Shown here in pieces: positions 37,078 to 47,568 of a stretch of DNA of 64,000 bases. The stretch lies in assembly GCA_018970465.1 (NCBI GenBank), contig JAGWWI010000002.1:4517-68516 (forward strand), written 5' to 3'. The notes under the pieces are model-generated. The model worked only from the letters and a program-made list of their open reading frames with translations. It had not been told where the DNA came from and did no database searches. The position numbers and the translations under genes are program-made. Within the stretch, counting starts at the first letter, position 1. Each line of letters starts with the position of its first letter. Source of the stretch: Patescibacteria group bacterium. Its GTDB lineage: Bacteria > Patescibacteriota > Minisyncoccia > Phycocordibacterales > Phycocordibacteraceae.

Positions 37078-40000
37078 TCAAGACGCGTCGCGGACGAGGT
37101 CGAAGCGCGCCTGGCCGGTCGAGAGCTCGACGGCGTACTTCCCCTCCGGCGCCATCTGCGCATGCGCCTTGTCGGCGGGCGCGAGGCCTTCGCTCTTCCG
37201 CGCCTCCGCGACCGCACGCGCGAGTTCGCGCTCGTCGCCCTCTTTGATGAGCTCGGGAGTAAGCGCGGTGTCGAGCGCGAGCGCTTCGCCCTCCACGACC
37301 TCTTTCACATTCACCTCCTCGGCGAGCACCGCTGCGAGCTCCGCAGACAACACCTCAGGAATCGTGAGCTTCGCGAGCGGCTGACGCACTTTCATCCCCG
37401 CTTTTTGACGGAGCATGAGGGCCTCCGAGGCGAGCGAGCGCACCTGCGCCATCTGCTCGACCAGCGCGTCGTCTACCCCCTGCGCAGTCGGCCACGCAGC
37501 GAGGTGCACGCTCACGGGATCATTCTCGCCACGCACGCGGCGATACACATCCTCGGCGAGAAACGGCGCCAAGGGCGCGAAGAGGCGCGCAGAAACGTTG
37601 AGCGTCTCGCGCAAGGTCTCGAGCGCGGCGGCGTCGCCGCCGCGTGCCCGCTCGCGAACGCGCCGCACATACCACTGCGAGAGATCTTCGAAGAGCGCGT
37701 CGACGGTGCGCGAGGCGGTGAAGAGATCGTAGGCGTCGAACGCGGCCGTTGCCTCGCGCACGGCAGCGGCCGTGCGCGCCGCCATCCAGCGGTCGATGAC
37801 CTGCTTCTCGTCCGCGTTCTCTGCCGCATCCTGTCCGCCGGAGGCGGATCCGCCTCCGGTGGAGAAGAGTTCATAGAATTTCGCGCTGTTGTCGAGCCAG
37901 TTGAGGGCCTTCGCCGCTTCGCGGACGGTGCGCTCGTCGTAATTCTTGGAGTCGCCCGCGCCCGTGACGCTGTACATCCAGAGCCGCAAGGCGTCGACGC
38001 CCCACTTCTCGATCTCGACCCACGGGTCGACGACGTTGCCCTTCGACTTGCTCATCTTCGCCCCCTCCGCATCGAGGAGGTGGCCGAGCGAGATCACGTT
38101 CTCGTAGGAGCGGCCGCGGCCCATCAGGACGCCGACGGCAAGCAGCGTGTAGAACCACCCGCGCGTCTGGTCGATCGCCTCGCTGATATAGTCGGCCGGG
38201 TACGCGACGCGCGCGAGAAACGCGTCGAGCGATTCGCCTCCGGCGCGCTCCTTCGCGCTCTGCGCGAACGGCATCGCGCCCGAGTCGAACCACACGTCCA
38301 TCACCTCCGGCACCCGCCGGAGCTCCGTGCCGTTATCCGAAAGGAGCACCACGTCGTCGACATACGGCCGGTGCAGGTCGAGCTCGAAATCGGCGTTATG
38401 CGGCAAGGAGACGAACGGGAGCTCGCGCGGCACACCGTGCGGCACCACGCCCACAGTCGCGTCGACGATCTTCGCAGAAGCGGCGGCATCTGCGCCCTCG
38501 ACGACCGGGAGCAGGGATTCGAACGCGACGCCGTGCGTCACGATGAGGACGCCCTCGCCTGCGCGCGCCTGCTCGACTTCGTAGAGGAACGCGCCGAATC
38601 GCCGCTTCGCATCGAGGTAGCTCTCGCCGCCCGGGAAGGGCGCGTCATACGCGAGCGTCTTGCGGAACGCGAGGAACTCGTCGTACGCCTCCCGCCCGCC
38701 GAAGGAGCCGAAGTTGAGCTCCCGCAGCCGCTCGTCGTAGCGGATCGCTGCCGGGTCGAGCCCGAGCTTCTCGGCGACAAGCTCCGCAGTCTCGCGGGTG
38801 CGCAGCAGAGGCGAAGCGTATATCGCCGTGATCCCCTTGCCAGCGAGCGCCTCCGCGCCCGCCGCGACCTGCCCGCGCCCCTTCTCGGTGAGCCGGTTCG
38901 TCGTGTCGCCGTCGCTGTCGAGGAGGCCGCGCACATTCCCCTCCGACTCGCCGTGGCGCATCACGAAGTAGCGGTTGCCGCTCTTCTTGGTGCGCTTCTT
39001 CAACTCGTCGATCGAGCCCACGACGATGCGCTCGCTGCCGTCCGTGCTCTGCCACACCGGCAACGGCGTGCCCCAGTAGCGCTCGCGCGAGATCGCCCAA
39101 TCCTTCACCCCCGAGAGCCACTCACCCATCCGCCCGTCGCGGATGTACGCCGGTTCCCAGTGGATCTGCTTGTTCTCGCCGACGAGCGTGTCGCGCACAT
39201 CCTGCATGCGGATGTACCAGCTGTCGCGCGCGTAGTAGATGAGCCGCGTCTTGCAGCGCCAGCAGAAGGGGTAGGTGTGCGTGTACGTCTGCTTCGAAAA
39301 TACGCGCTCGCGGCTCTGGAGGTCTTTGAGAATCTCCACCGCCGTCTCCTCGTTGACGACGGACTTGCCCTCGAGGAATCCCGTGCCGGGGATGAACACG
39401 CCCTCCGGATTGACGAGATGCACCTTCGGGAGCCCGACCTTGGTGCCGAGGTCGAAGTCCTCCTGGCCGTACATGACCGCTGTGTGGACAACGCCAGTGC
39501 CCTCCTCGGTCGTGACGAAGTCTGCGGCGTACACCTTGAACGCGTTGGCGAACTTCGCCTTCTCGCTCTCGGGCGCGAGCGCTTTGGCGTACGGATACAG
39601 CGGTTCGTATTCGAGACCGACTAGATCAGAGGCCCCGCAGATATGAGTAATTTCTGAATCTTCCTTTCCGAGCCCTTTGAAAAACGCAGCAGATGCGATG
39701 AGGGAACTATCTCCATCCGCCCACGCAACGTATCTCTCAGTCTCTTTCAAAGGATTGTTCGCGTCGAGAACCGCGAGCGCCACGTTCCCCGGCAGAGTCC
39801 ACGGCGTCGTCGTCCACGCAAGGAGGTACACGTCGCCATCGAGACCTAGTTTCTCTTTTGCGTTGGTGACCTTGAACTTCGCCGTCACCGTAAGGTCCTT
39901 CACGTCCGCGTATCCTTGCGCGAGCTCGTGCGACGAGAGCGCGGTGCCGTCGTGCGGGCACCAGGGCACGACGCGGTAATCCTTATAGAGCCGGCCGTCG

Positions 40001-40533
40001 TCTGCCACATGCTTCACGATGTGCCAGAGCACCTCCATGTAGGGCACGTCGAACGTGAAGTACGCCTTCGACGCGTCCACCCAGTAGCCGATGCGCTTGG
40101 TGAAGCGCGCCCAGAGGTCGATATAGGTGAGCACGCTCTCCCGGCACTTCTGGTTGAACGCGGCGATGCCGTACGCCTCGATATCTTTCTTACTCGAGAA
40201 GCCGAGCTGCTTCTCGACCTCGATCTCGACGGGGAGCCCGTGCGTGTCCCAGCCGGCGCGGCGCGCGACGCGGTAGCCGCGCATCGTCTTATAGCGCGGG
40301 ATCGCGTCCTTGAAGGCCCTCGACTCGAGGTGGTGGATGCCCGGCTTCCCGTTCGCGGTCGGCGGCCCTTCGTAGAAGGTGAACTCGCCGAGCGGCGCGT
40401 CTTTGTCCAAAGACTGCTCGAAGACGCGCTCGCGCTCCCAAAACGCGAGTATCTCCTCCTCCTTGGCCGCCGTAGCGGATTTCTCCGTGGTGACGGCGCG
40501 CTTCGCAGCATCCGACTTCTCCCCTTCTGACAT
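37078..40533 (-). CDS. ileS: Isoleucyl-tRNA synthetase (type 2) with inserted histidine-phosphatase domain
   Basis: [12 protein letters not shown]; WTTTPWTLP; ISRERYWG; DQTRGWF; KMSKS; insert contains RHGE. Confidence 0.94.
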   Translation of the reverse strand: MSEGEKSDAAKRAVTTEKSATAAKEEEILAFWERERVFEQSLDKDAPLGEFTFYEGPPTANGKPGIHHLESRAFKDAIPRYKTMRGYRVARRAGWDTHGLPVEIEVEKQLGFSSKKDIEAYGIAAFNQKCRESVLTYIDLWARFTKRIGYWVDASKAYFTFDVPYMEVLWHIVKHVADDGRLYKDYRVVPWCPHDGTALSSHELAQGYADVKDLTVTAKFKVTNAKEKLGLDGDVYLLAWTTTPWTLPGNVALAVLDANNPLKETERYVAWADGDSSLIASAAFFKGLGKEDSEITHICGASDLVGLEYEPLYPYAKALAPESEKAKFANAFKVYAADFVTTEEGTGVVHTAVMYGQEDFDLGTKVGLPKVHLVNPEGVFIPGTGFLEGKSVVNEETAVEILKDLQSRERVFSKQTYTHTYPFCWRCKTRLIYYARDSWYIRMQDVRDTLVGENKQIHWEPAYIRDGRMGEWLSGVKDWAISRERYWGTPLPVWQSTDGSERIVVGSIDELKKRTKKSGNRYFVMRHGESEGNVRGLLDSDGDTTNRLTEKGRGQVAAGAEALAGKGITAIYASPLLRTRETAELVAEKLGLDPAAIRYDERLRELNFGSFGGREAYDEFLAFRKTLAYDAPFPGGESYLDAKRRFGAFLYEVEQARAGEGVLIVTHGVAFESLLPVVEGADAAASAKIVDATVGVVPHGVPRELPFVSLPHNADFELDLHRPYVDDVVLLSDNGTELRRVPEVMDVWFDSGAMPFAQSAKERAGGESLDAFLARVAYPADYISEAIDQTRGWFYTLLAVGVLMGRGRSYENVISLGHLLDAEGAKMSKSKGNVVDPWVEIEKWGVDALRLWMYSVTGAGDSKNYDERTVREAAKALNWLDNSAKFYELFSTGGGSASGGQDAAENADEKQVIDRWMAARTAAAVREATAAFDAYDLFTASRTVDALFEDLSQWYVRRVRERARGGDAAALETLRETLNVSARLFAPLAPFLAEDVYRRVRGENDPVSVHLAAWPTAQGVDDALVEQMAQVRSLASEALMLRQKAGMKVRQPLAKLTIPEVLSAELAAVLAEEVNVKEVVEGEALALDTALTPELIKEGDERELARAVAEARKSEGLAPADKAHAQMAPEGKYAVELSTGQARFDLVRDAS
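37834..37863. repeat. Second copy of the 30-bp palindrome, in frame within ileS
   Basis: TCCGCCGGAGGCGGATCCGCCTCCGGTGGA (1 mismatch to the tatD copy). Confidence 0.9.
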
Positions 40534-40729
40534 GACAAAAATATAGGCCATTACGCGATAAAAAGCTAAAAGCCGCGCTATGGCGGCTCCAGCCCGAAGA
40601 ACGGCGAGGGTGGTATCGCGCTTTTGAAAAATGAAAAACGCGAGCCCGACGCGTCTTCTAAGGAACAGGTCAGGTCGTATCTTATAGCACCCTCTCCGTG
40701 CGTTCAATGTGGATAAGCGCTCTCTGTCC

Positions 40730-42403
40730 TCACATCCGCTCCGGCGCGGGGATGCCGAGGAGGGCGAGGCCGTTCGCCATCGTGTTGGCGAAGGCGCGTG
40801 CGACGCGCATCTTATACTCCTCCTCCGGCGAGCCGAGGACCTGCTCGCTCGCGTAGAAGCTATTCCACGCGCCCGCGAGCTCGGTGAGGTAGCTCGTGAG
40901 GATATTCGGCACGAGAAGCTTCGCCGCGCGCGCAGCGACCTCCGGGTAGTGGAGGATGAGCCGCTCGATCGCGTAGGGCTCTTGCGGCTCTTCTTTGCCG
41001 CCCGCCTCTTCCGATTCATACGACAGGATTTTCACCGCGCGCACGAGCGCGTACTGGAGGTACGGCCCCGAGTCGCCCTCCAAGGAGAGCGACTTCTCTG
41101 GTTCGAAGACGATGTCCGCCCCCGGCGCCTGCCGCAGGATCATGTACTTGATCGCGCCTACCGCGACCTGCTCGGCGATGAGCGGATCGGCGTTCTTCTC
41201 GCTCGCCCTTTTGACCACGTCCTCGATGAGGCTTGCGGCGGTGATTACATTCCCCTCTCGCGAGCTCATCTTGCCGGTCGTCAATTTCATAAATCCGTAC
41301 GGCACGTGCTGCGTCTTACCGCCCAGGAGCGGCGCGAGCTCCTTCAACGCTTCGAGAATCACTGCGAAATAACTCGCCTGCTCCTGCGCGGTAGTGACCA
41401 CGGACTTATCCGAAGGCCAGCGCTCCTCCTTCAGGAACGCGAGGCCCATATCCTTCGCTTCGTACGTGGGAGTACCTTGCGATGTAATAAAGACGCGCGT
41501 ATGCAGACCCCGCTTCTCGCCTTTGTAGACGACTGCGCCTTCGCTCTCCTCGAACACGCCTCTCGCCAAGCCGTCGCGCACGACCTTAAGGCCGATCGGC
41601 GCGGTCTCGCTCTCGAAGAAGTAGTAATCGAACTTGGTGCCGAGGACTTTGTAGACCTCTTCGAAAGCCGCGAGCGAGACGTCGCGCCCCTTGCGCCAGA
41701 GCTCCATAAGCGCGCCGCCCTCAGTAAGCGTTAGGGGATCCCCCAGAGCTTGGTAAACCGCGCGGTTGATCGCGTCAATCTCCCCCTTCGCCTCGGGGTC
41801 GTCTTCATATGCGCGATTGCCGGCCACGTACGCCTCGCTGATTTCTGTCGCCGTCGTCGGTTCCGTAATGCCAGCCTTCTGCAAACCCCAGAGCGCTTTA
41901 GCGACGTGCGGGCCAACGTCGCCTTGATAATTGGCGCGCACGATCGTTGCCCCTTCGTTCTGGGTCAGTCTGGCGACCGATTCGCCAATCGTGTTGCCCA
42001 TCACATGCCCGATGTGCATTTCTTTAAAAGGATTCGGCTGCGTGTACTCGATCATCACGCGCTTTCCCGCCTCCGCCTTGCCCTTCCCCCAATCCTCACC
42101 CTTGGCTGCCGCCTCGGCGGTCGAGGCGACCACCTCGCCCGCGGCAAGCGTGATGTTGATGAAGCCGGGGCCGGCGACCTCGACCTTCTCGACCGCGTCG
42201 CCAAGCAGTTCTTTCATCTTCGTGGCAAGCTCCTCCGCCAACTCTCGCGGATTCTTCCCCAGTGCCTTCGCCGCGACCATCGCCGCGTTCGTCGCGTAGT
42301 CGCCATGCGCGGCCTCGGTCGGCCGCTCGAGCGTGAAGGCGGCGCCCGCCGCGCCCGCCGCCGCGAGCGCCTCCCCTACCGCGTCCCGTATCCGCTCCTC
42401 CAT
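40730..42403 (-). CDS. argS: Arginyl-tRNA synthetase
   Basis: HGDYATN; GPGFIN; HIGH; KMSSREG; GPYLQY; PERM end. Confidence 0.97.
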   Translation of the reverse strand: MEERIRDAVGEALAAAGAAGAAFTLERPTEAAHGDYATNAAMVAAKALGKNPRELAEELATKMKELLGDAVEKVEVAGPGFINITLAAGEVVASTAEAAAKGEDWGKGKAEAGKRVMIEYTQPNPFKEMHIGHVMGNTIGESVARLTQNEGATIVRANYQGDVGPHVAKALWGLQKAGITEPTTATEISEAYVAGNRAYEDDPEAKGEIDAINRAVYQALGDPLTLTEGGALMELWRKGRDVSLAAFEEVYKVLGTKFDYYFFESETAPIGLKVVRDGLARGVFEESEGAVVYKGEKRGLHTRVFITSQGTPTYEAKDMGLAFLKEERWPSDKSVVTTAQEQASYFAVILEALKELAPLLGGKTQHVPYGFMKLTTGKMSSREGNVITAASLIEDVVKRASEKNADPLIAEQVAVGAIKYMILRQAPGADIVFEPEKSLSLEGDSGPYLQYALVRAVKILSYESEEAGGKEEPQEPYAIERLILHYPEVAARAAKLLVPNILTSYLTELAGAWNSFYASEQVLGSPEEEYKMRVARAFANTMANGLALLGIPAPERM

Positions 42404-42448
42404 TGCCGCGAGTGTAGCAAAAATCCCCGTACTTCGCAGGGATTTTTG

Positions 42449-43639
42449 CTATCGGGCTCGCGCCTTTTTCATCGTATGCCTGAAGCTCTCATCGAAGAGC
42501 TTGTAATAATCCGCGTAGACATACTTCTGGCCGTAATCGGCCTTACCGAGCGGCTCTAGGATCCGCAACTCTTCGAGACGGTCGATGACCTTATAGGCAC
42601 CAGGCGCGGAGAATCTCGTCCACTCACGTATCTCCGCGACGCCTATGATCGGCTGGCCGAATAGTCGATGCACGACATTCAGCGTGGACTCTGCCGATTT
42701 CTTGCCGAGCTTCTGCACCTTTGCGGTATCGCGCTCTCGCAGGGCGGTGATCGCGGCACATGTCTCGATAGCGGATTCGGCGACCTCCGCAACACCCTCG
42801 AGGAAGAACCCGAGCCAGCCTTCGATGTCCCCGTCTTCGTCGTGGTACTCGTTCAGTTTCTGATAGTAGAGCTTCTGGTGCTGCTTGAAGTAACTCGCGA
42901 GATAGAGCACTGGATGTTCAAGCAGGCCCGCATGATGGATATAGAGGGATACGAGCATACGGCCGGTACGGCCATTCCCGTCCGTGAACGGATGGATGGT
43001 CTCGAATTGCGCATGAATGAATCCTGCCTTGATGAGCGAGGGGTAGTCATCTTTCGCATGAATGAACCTCTCAAGATCGCTAAGCGCCGCACGCATGTCC
43101 GATGGGGCCGGCGGGACGAAGAACGCGTCATGCGGCGTCTTTCCTCCGATCCAGTTCTGCGAACGGCGGAACTCGCCCGGATACGCGTGCTGCGTAGCGC
43201 GAGCGCCCGCCATGAGCTTCTCGTGTATCTCGCGAATGAGTCGGAGCGAAATGGGGAGTGTCTTCGAACGCGCGAGGCCGTAGTTCGCCGCGTGGACGTA
43301 GTGAAGAATATCGTCGACATCCGGCGGGAGCTGAGATTTCTCTTCAGTAACGGGCGCCGCAATCACGTCTTGAAGCGTCGCTTGCGTGCCCTCGATCTGA
43401 CTAGAGAACACTGCGTCCTTGTTGACGAACATCTGCAAGAAATAATCCTTGTCCGGCAAGAGGCGCATGGTGCCATCGAGCTTCCCCACGAGCCGTATCG
43501 CCTCCTCATGCTTCTTGTAGAGCTTAGGCGTAATGGCGAAGCCGCCCGGCGGAGGGAATGGGTAAGGTGTGAAGCTCCGCCAGCCTTCCGGCTGTTTGAC
43601 GAGGCGTCCTATATTCGGCCGTTGGTTGCTCGGGTTCAT
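42449..43639 (-). CDS. Fic family protein
   Basis: SSQIEGT; HPFTDGNGRTGR. Confidence 0.93.
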   Translation of the reverse strand: MNPSNQRPNIGRLVKQPEGWRSFTPYPFPPPGGFAITPKLYKKHEEAIRLVGKLDGTMRLLPDKDYFLQMFVNKDAVFSSQIEGTQATLQDVIAAPVTEEKSQLPPDVDDILHYVHAANYGLARSKTLPISLRLIREIHEKLMAGARATQHAYPGEFRRSQNWIGGKTPHDAFFVPPAPSDMRAALSDLERFIHAKDDYPSLIKAGFIHAQFETIHPFTDGNGRTGRMLVSLYIHHAGLLEHPVLYLASYFKQHQKLYYQKLNEYHDEDGDIEGWLGFFLEGVAEVAESAIETCAAITALRERDTAKVQKLGKKSAESTLNVVHRLFGQPIIGVAEIREWTRFSAPGAYKVIDRLEELRILEPLGKADYGQKYVYADYYKLFDESFRHTMKKARAR

Positions 43640-43702
43640 ACCAATATAAACAATATATGTGCTGTAGTTTACATAGTCAAGCTGGATATAAACTACGGGT
43701 GC

Positions 43703-44131
43703 TTAGCGCCCCGTCGTGCCGAAGGCGCCGCGATCGGGGGCGCCCAAGGTGTCGACCTCCTGCCAGGTCACACGGTCGTAGGGGAGGACGATGATCTGCA
43801 CGACGCGCTCGCCGCGCACGACGGTGACCGGCTCCTTGGTGAAGTTGTAGAGGGCTGCGTGATATTCGTCGCCGTCGCCGCAGTAGTCCTCGTCGAGGAT
43901 GCCGATGCCGTTCGCGAGCATCAAGCCGCGCTTCCGCAATGAGCTCCGCGCGGCCATGAGCACGAAGTGCCCGGGCGGGGGCTTCATCGCCACGTTCAGA
44001 TCGAGCACCTCGATCGTCCCCGGCTGGATCACCACGTCCGAGCGCGAGGCAAGGTCCATCGCTGCCGCCCCGGCCGTCTTATATTCCGGCAGCGGCATGT
44101 CCTTCTCTACTCTCCGAATCGGTACCTCCAT
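43703..44131 (-). CDS. dut: Trimeric dUTPase
   Basis: AAMDL; RSS; GILDEDY; RGAFGTTG. Confidence 0.93.
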   Translation of the reverse strand: MEVPIRRVEKDMPLPEYKTAGAAAMDLASRSDVVIQPGTIEVLDLNVAMKPPPGHFVLMAARSSLRKRGLMLANGIGILDEDYCGDGDEYHAALYNFTKEPVTVVRGERVVQIIVLPYDRVTWQEVDTLGAPDRGAFGTTGR

Positions 44132-44242
44132 GCGAGCGAGTATAACAACTGCCCGTTGTATAGGGCCTTCCTGATGCAGTTCACTTGCTTTTTACGACAA
44201 GGATGGTACGGTTATTGCGGGTAACCAACAAGGAGCAGTCCT

Positions 44243-44650
44243 ATGCCTAAGGTCCTAGTGGGGATGAAGCCCCCAATGTGGCTCTACCGGGACGGGCACA
44301 AGAATGACCTTCCGGACGACGTACTGATTGACTGCGCGTGGGAGCGGCCCGTCGGGCAGGCAATCCCGCGGATGGCCTTCTTCGCGAAAATCGGCGAGAT
44401 GGAGGGTCTCCTCCGCGCGCTCGGTGAGACGGTGGTGACGGCTGACATCCGCATTCACGTCCAGCACGGTGCTGGAGACGTGAGCGGCGAAATCAACGCT
44501 TGGGATCCCGTCTCGAAAGTTGACGCGGAGACAATCCTCGACCGTCTGAACGATCTGATTGCCGCCCTGGCTCGGCACGAAGGAGGGCGGGTGACCTTCA
44601 CCTGCCAAATCATCCGGGCCTACGTTCCCGAAAACGCGCCAGCTCCCTAG
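44243..44650 (+). CDS. Hypothetical protein
   Basis: AGGAG Shine-Dalgarno before ATG; fills the intergenic gap. Confidence 0.55.
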   Translation: MPKVLVGMKPPMWLYRDGHKNDLPDDVLIDCAWERPVGQAIPRMAFFAKIGEMEGLLRALGETVVTADIRIHVQHGAGDVSGEINAWDPVSKVDAETILDRLNDLIAALARHEGGRVTFTCQIIRAYVPENAPAP

Positions 44651-44714
44651 CCGGGAGCACGCGAGAAGAGGCCGCCGCGCAGCGATGCGCGGCGGTTCTG
44701 CGTTTGTCTCTCCG

Positions 44715-46016
44715 CTAGCTGAACGAGTCGGGGATGGGGTGCGCCAGCGCGAGGACCTTGATGGCTTCACGCGCAGCGGGGACATGCGACGCATCGCGGA
44801 GGACGCGGATCATGAGTTCGGCCACCTGACGGCAGTCGTCGGCCGAGAAGCCGCGGGTAGTCATCGCGGGCGTGCCGAAGCGGATGCCGGAGGGGTCAAA
44901 CGGCTTCCTGCTGTCGCCCGCGATCGAGTTCTTGTTGAGCGTGACGCCGACCGCGTCGAGGCGCTCCTCGGCCTCCTTGCCGCCGAGGCCGAAGGAGGAG
45001 AAGACGTCCGCGAGGAGGAGGTGGTTGTCGGTGCCGCCCGTTATGAGGCGCGCGCCCTCGCGGTTGAAGACCTCTGCCATCGCCTGCGCGTTCTCCACTA
45101 CCCGCTTCGCATACTCCTTGAACGACGGCGCGGCCGCCTCGTGGAGCGCGACGGCCTTCGCCGCGATCTGGTGCATGTGCGGCCCGCCCTGGAGGCCGGG
45201 GAAGACCGCGCGGTCGATAAGGGTCGGCAGGTTCTCGATCGTCTTCTCCGGTGCCTTCAGCGGGGAGGAGACGACACCCTTCGAGAGGATCATCCCGCCG
45301 CGGGGGCCGCGCAAGGTCTTGTGCGTCGTCGTCGTCATGAGGTGGAAGCCTTCGTCAAGCGGATTCTTCGCGACGCCGCCCGCGATGAGCCCCGCGATAT
45401 GCGCGACGTCCGCCATCGCGACCGCGCCGACGCCCCGCGCGATCTCCGCGATCCGCCGCCAGTCGAGCTCGCGGGGGTATGCGGAGAAGCCGGCGAGGAC
45501 GATCTTCGGCTTCACCTCCTTCGCGAGCTGCTCGAGCGCGTCGTAGTCGATCTCGCCCGTGTCCGCGTCCTTCATCCCGTAGCGGACGAAGGTGAAGAGC
45601 CGCGCCATGTAGGTCACCGGCGCGCCGTGCGTGAGGTGCCCGCCGTGCGCGAGGTCCATCCCGAGGACGGTGTCGCCCGGCTCGAGCCAGGCGAAGTACG
45701 CAGCGATGTTCGCCGCAGCACCCCCGAGTGGCTGCACGTTCGCGTGGTCGGCGTTGAAGAGCCGCTTCGCGCGCTCGATCGCGAGCTCTTCGAGTGGGTC
45801 GGTGAAGTCCTGCCCGCCGTAGTAGCGCTTGCCGGGGTAGCCCTCGGAATATTTATTGGTGAGCGAGGAGGCCATCGCCTCCTTCACCGCGCGGCTGACG
45901 TAGTTCTCTGAGGGAATGAGCTCGAGGCCCTCGGCCTGCCGCCGGTCTTCGCCCTCGATGAGCCGGGCGACCTCCGGATCCTCGCGTTCGATGAATGGAT
46001 ACCTCGCATCTTCCAT
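44715..46016 (-). CDS. glyA: Serine hydroxymethyltransferase
   Basis: LIPSENY; NKYSEGYPG.RYYGG; TTTTHKTLRGPRGG. Confidence 0.97.
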   Translation of the reverse strand: MEDARYPFIEREDPEVARLIEGEDRRQAEGLELIPSENYVSRAVKEAMASSLTNKYSEGYPGKRYYGGQDFTDPLEELAIERAKRLFNADHANVQPLGGAAANIAAYFAWLEPGDTVLGMDLAHGGHLTHGAPVTYMARLFTFVRYGMKDADTGEIDYDALEQLAKEVKPKIVLAGFSAYPRELDWRRIAEIARGVGAVAMADVAHIAGLIAGGVAKNPLDEGFHLMTTTTHKTLRGPRGGMILSKGVVSSPLKAPEKTIENLPTLIDRAVFPGLQGGPHMHQIAAKAVALHEAAAPSFKEYAKRVVENAQAMAEVFNREGARLITGGTDNHLLLADVFSSFGLGGKEAEERLDAVGVTLNKNSIAGDSRKPFDPSGIRFGTPAMTTRGFSADDCRQVAELMIRVLRDASHVPAAREAIKVLALAHPIPDSFS

Positions 46017-46091
46017 AATGCCGCCAGCATAGCGCAAATCGGCCTCAGACTGTAGGATGCGGCCGGGTTCTAGTTCCAACGGAGACGAGAA

Positions 46092-47018
46092 ATGTCTGGT
46101 GACGCTACACATGCCCGTGCACCCGGCCCACGTTACAAGACTTGGGGGCAACGGAAGCCCGATCGCCAATACCGCGATCGGCTTAGACACATCCTCGACC
46201 ACGGCGTTCTCGCCAAAACCACCCCCCAGGGGGTCGGCGCTCTGACCTGCTTCGGCACCTTGCCGAGCATGGTCTTCCCCATCGAGAACGGTGTGCCGCT
46301 GATCACCGAGCGTCGCCTCCCGTCATGGCGGCAGGCGATTGCTGAGATCATCGCATTCATCAACGGCGCAAGGACGCTCGACGACCTCGAACGTTACGGC
46401 TGCCGTCTATGGAACGGATACCGCACATGGACGGAATGGCAATATGGCCTACCGTTCGGCGACCTCGGCCCCGGCTCCTACGGCGCGGTCTTTCACGACT
46501 ACCCGACAACGGGAGGCGAGAGGTTGAATCAACTTGCAAATGTTGTCGAGCAGATTCAGCAACATCCGCATCTGCGGACTCACCGGGTCACGAACTGGCG
46601 ACCGGACATGACCGCCGAGGGGGCACATCGCAAGGTCCTCATCGCGCCGTGTCACGGCGAGATGCACTTCCGGGTCTTGAATGGGCAGCTCAACCTGATC
46701 ATGAATCAGCGTTCGGGCGACATGCCGCTTGGCGTACCGCACAACATGATCCAGTACGCCGCTCTGCTGCTCATGGTCGCGCAAGTTACAGGGTACGCGC
46801 CAGGGACCTATGTGCACGGCCTCCTGGGCGACATACACGTCTACGAGGATCAAGTGCCTCTCATGCACGAGCTCCTCCAGAGACCCACGGGACGATTCCC
46901 GATCTTACGGCTCGACCCGTCGGTGACCGACCTCTTCGACTTCCGCGCCAAGCACTTCACGCTTGAGGAATACGACGAGGCAGGCCCCACACTCCCCGGC
47001 ATACCATTCAGCCTCTGA
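46092..47018 (+). CDS. thyA: Thymidylate synthase (divergent)
   Basis: APCH; QRSGDMPLGVPHN; GDIHVY. Confidence 0.9.
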   Translation: MSGDATHARAPGPRYKTWGQRKPDRQYRDRLRHILDHGVLAKTTPQGVGALTCFGTLPSMVFPIENGVPLITERRLPSWRQAIAEIIAFINGARTLDDLERYGCRLWNGYRTWTEWQYGLPFGDLGPGSYGAVFHDYPTTGGERLNQLANVVEQIQQHPHLRTHRVTNWRPDMTAEGAHRKVLIAPCHGEMHFRVLNGQLNLIMNQRSGDMPLGVPHNMIQYAALLLMVAQVTGYAPGTYVHGLLGDIHVYEDQVPLMHELLQRPTGRFPILRLDPSVTDLFDFRAKHFTLEEYDEAGPTLPGIPFSL

Positions 47019-47094
47019 GCTGCATGGGTGCGTAGCCGCTCCCTACCTGGGGAGCGGCTTTCGCTTTGTCCGCACATGGCGTATGTTCGATAGC

Positions 47095-47553
47095 ATGGCT
47101 CGAAGCAAGCCGCGCGTAGTCGACGTGACGAACGCACTTTCGCGTGACGACTACAAAGAAACTTTGACCAAAATCGCTCAGGCTGGTCTCTGTCCCTTTT
47201 GCGAACAAAACCTCGCAAAACATCACCCAAAGCCTATCGTCGCCAAGAACGCGAGCTGGCTCGCGACCCCGAGCAACTGGCCATACAGAGGGGCGAAGCG
47301 TCACTTCCTTCTCATCGCGCGGCCGCATCTGGAACGTGCCGACAAACTCACGCGCGAGCAGTGGATAGATCTGCACAAACTGCTAATCAAGCTCGTGCGT
47401 TCGTATAAGCTGCGCGGCACTTCGCTTGTAATGCGTTCGGGCGACACTGCATACACGGGCGCCTCGGTGAGCCACCTACACGCACACCTAATAACGGGCC
47501 GGAGGCGTCGGAACCCGAAGGACGAGATAGTCGCGCCCATTGGGTATTTTTGA
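47095..47553 (+). CDS. HIT family nucleotide hydrolase
   Basis: CPFC; N.WPY; SVSHLHAHLI. Confidence 0.88.
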   Translation: MARSKPRVVDVTNALSRDDYKETLTKIAQAGLCPFCEQNLAKHHPKPIVAKNASWLATPSNWPYRGAKRHFLLIARPHLERADKLTREQWIDLHKLLIKLVRSYKLRGTSLVMRSGDTAYTGASVSHLHAHLITGRRRRNPKDEIVAPIGYF

Positions 47554-47568
47554 CAAACAGAAGCTCCC

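Noticed and set aside
36289-39624. 1111-aa plus-strand ORF and similar long ORFs (13261-14949, 15190-17226, 18630-20666, 29937-31235)
   Set aside because: Antisense shadows of real high-GC genes; Arg-rich with no recognisable motifs.
40600-40650. T-box-like AGGGTGGTATCGCG upstream of ileS
   Set aside because: It is on the plus strand, opposite to ileS, and no stem I or specifier loop is recognisable.
40660-40695. CAGGTCAGGTC resembling SRP RNA
   Set aside because: The required GGAAGGAAGCAGC continuation is absent.
40534-41019. N-terminal extension of ileS in the ORF track
   Set aside because: Overlaps argS in another frame; the IleRS-like sequence begins near 40533.
46092-47018. thyA as a phage-type dCMP hydroxymethylase for DNA hypermodification
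   Set aside because: It retains the Asn typical of dUMP-specific enzymes, is linked to folA, and there are no phage genes in the window.
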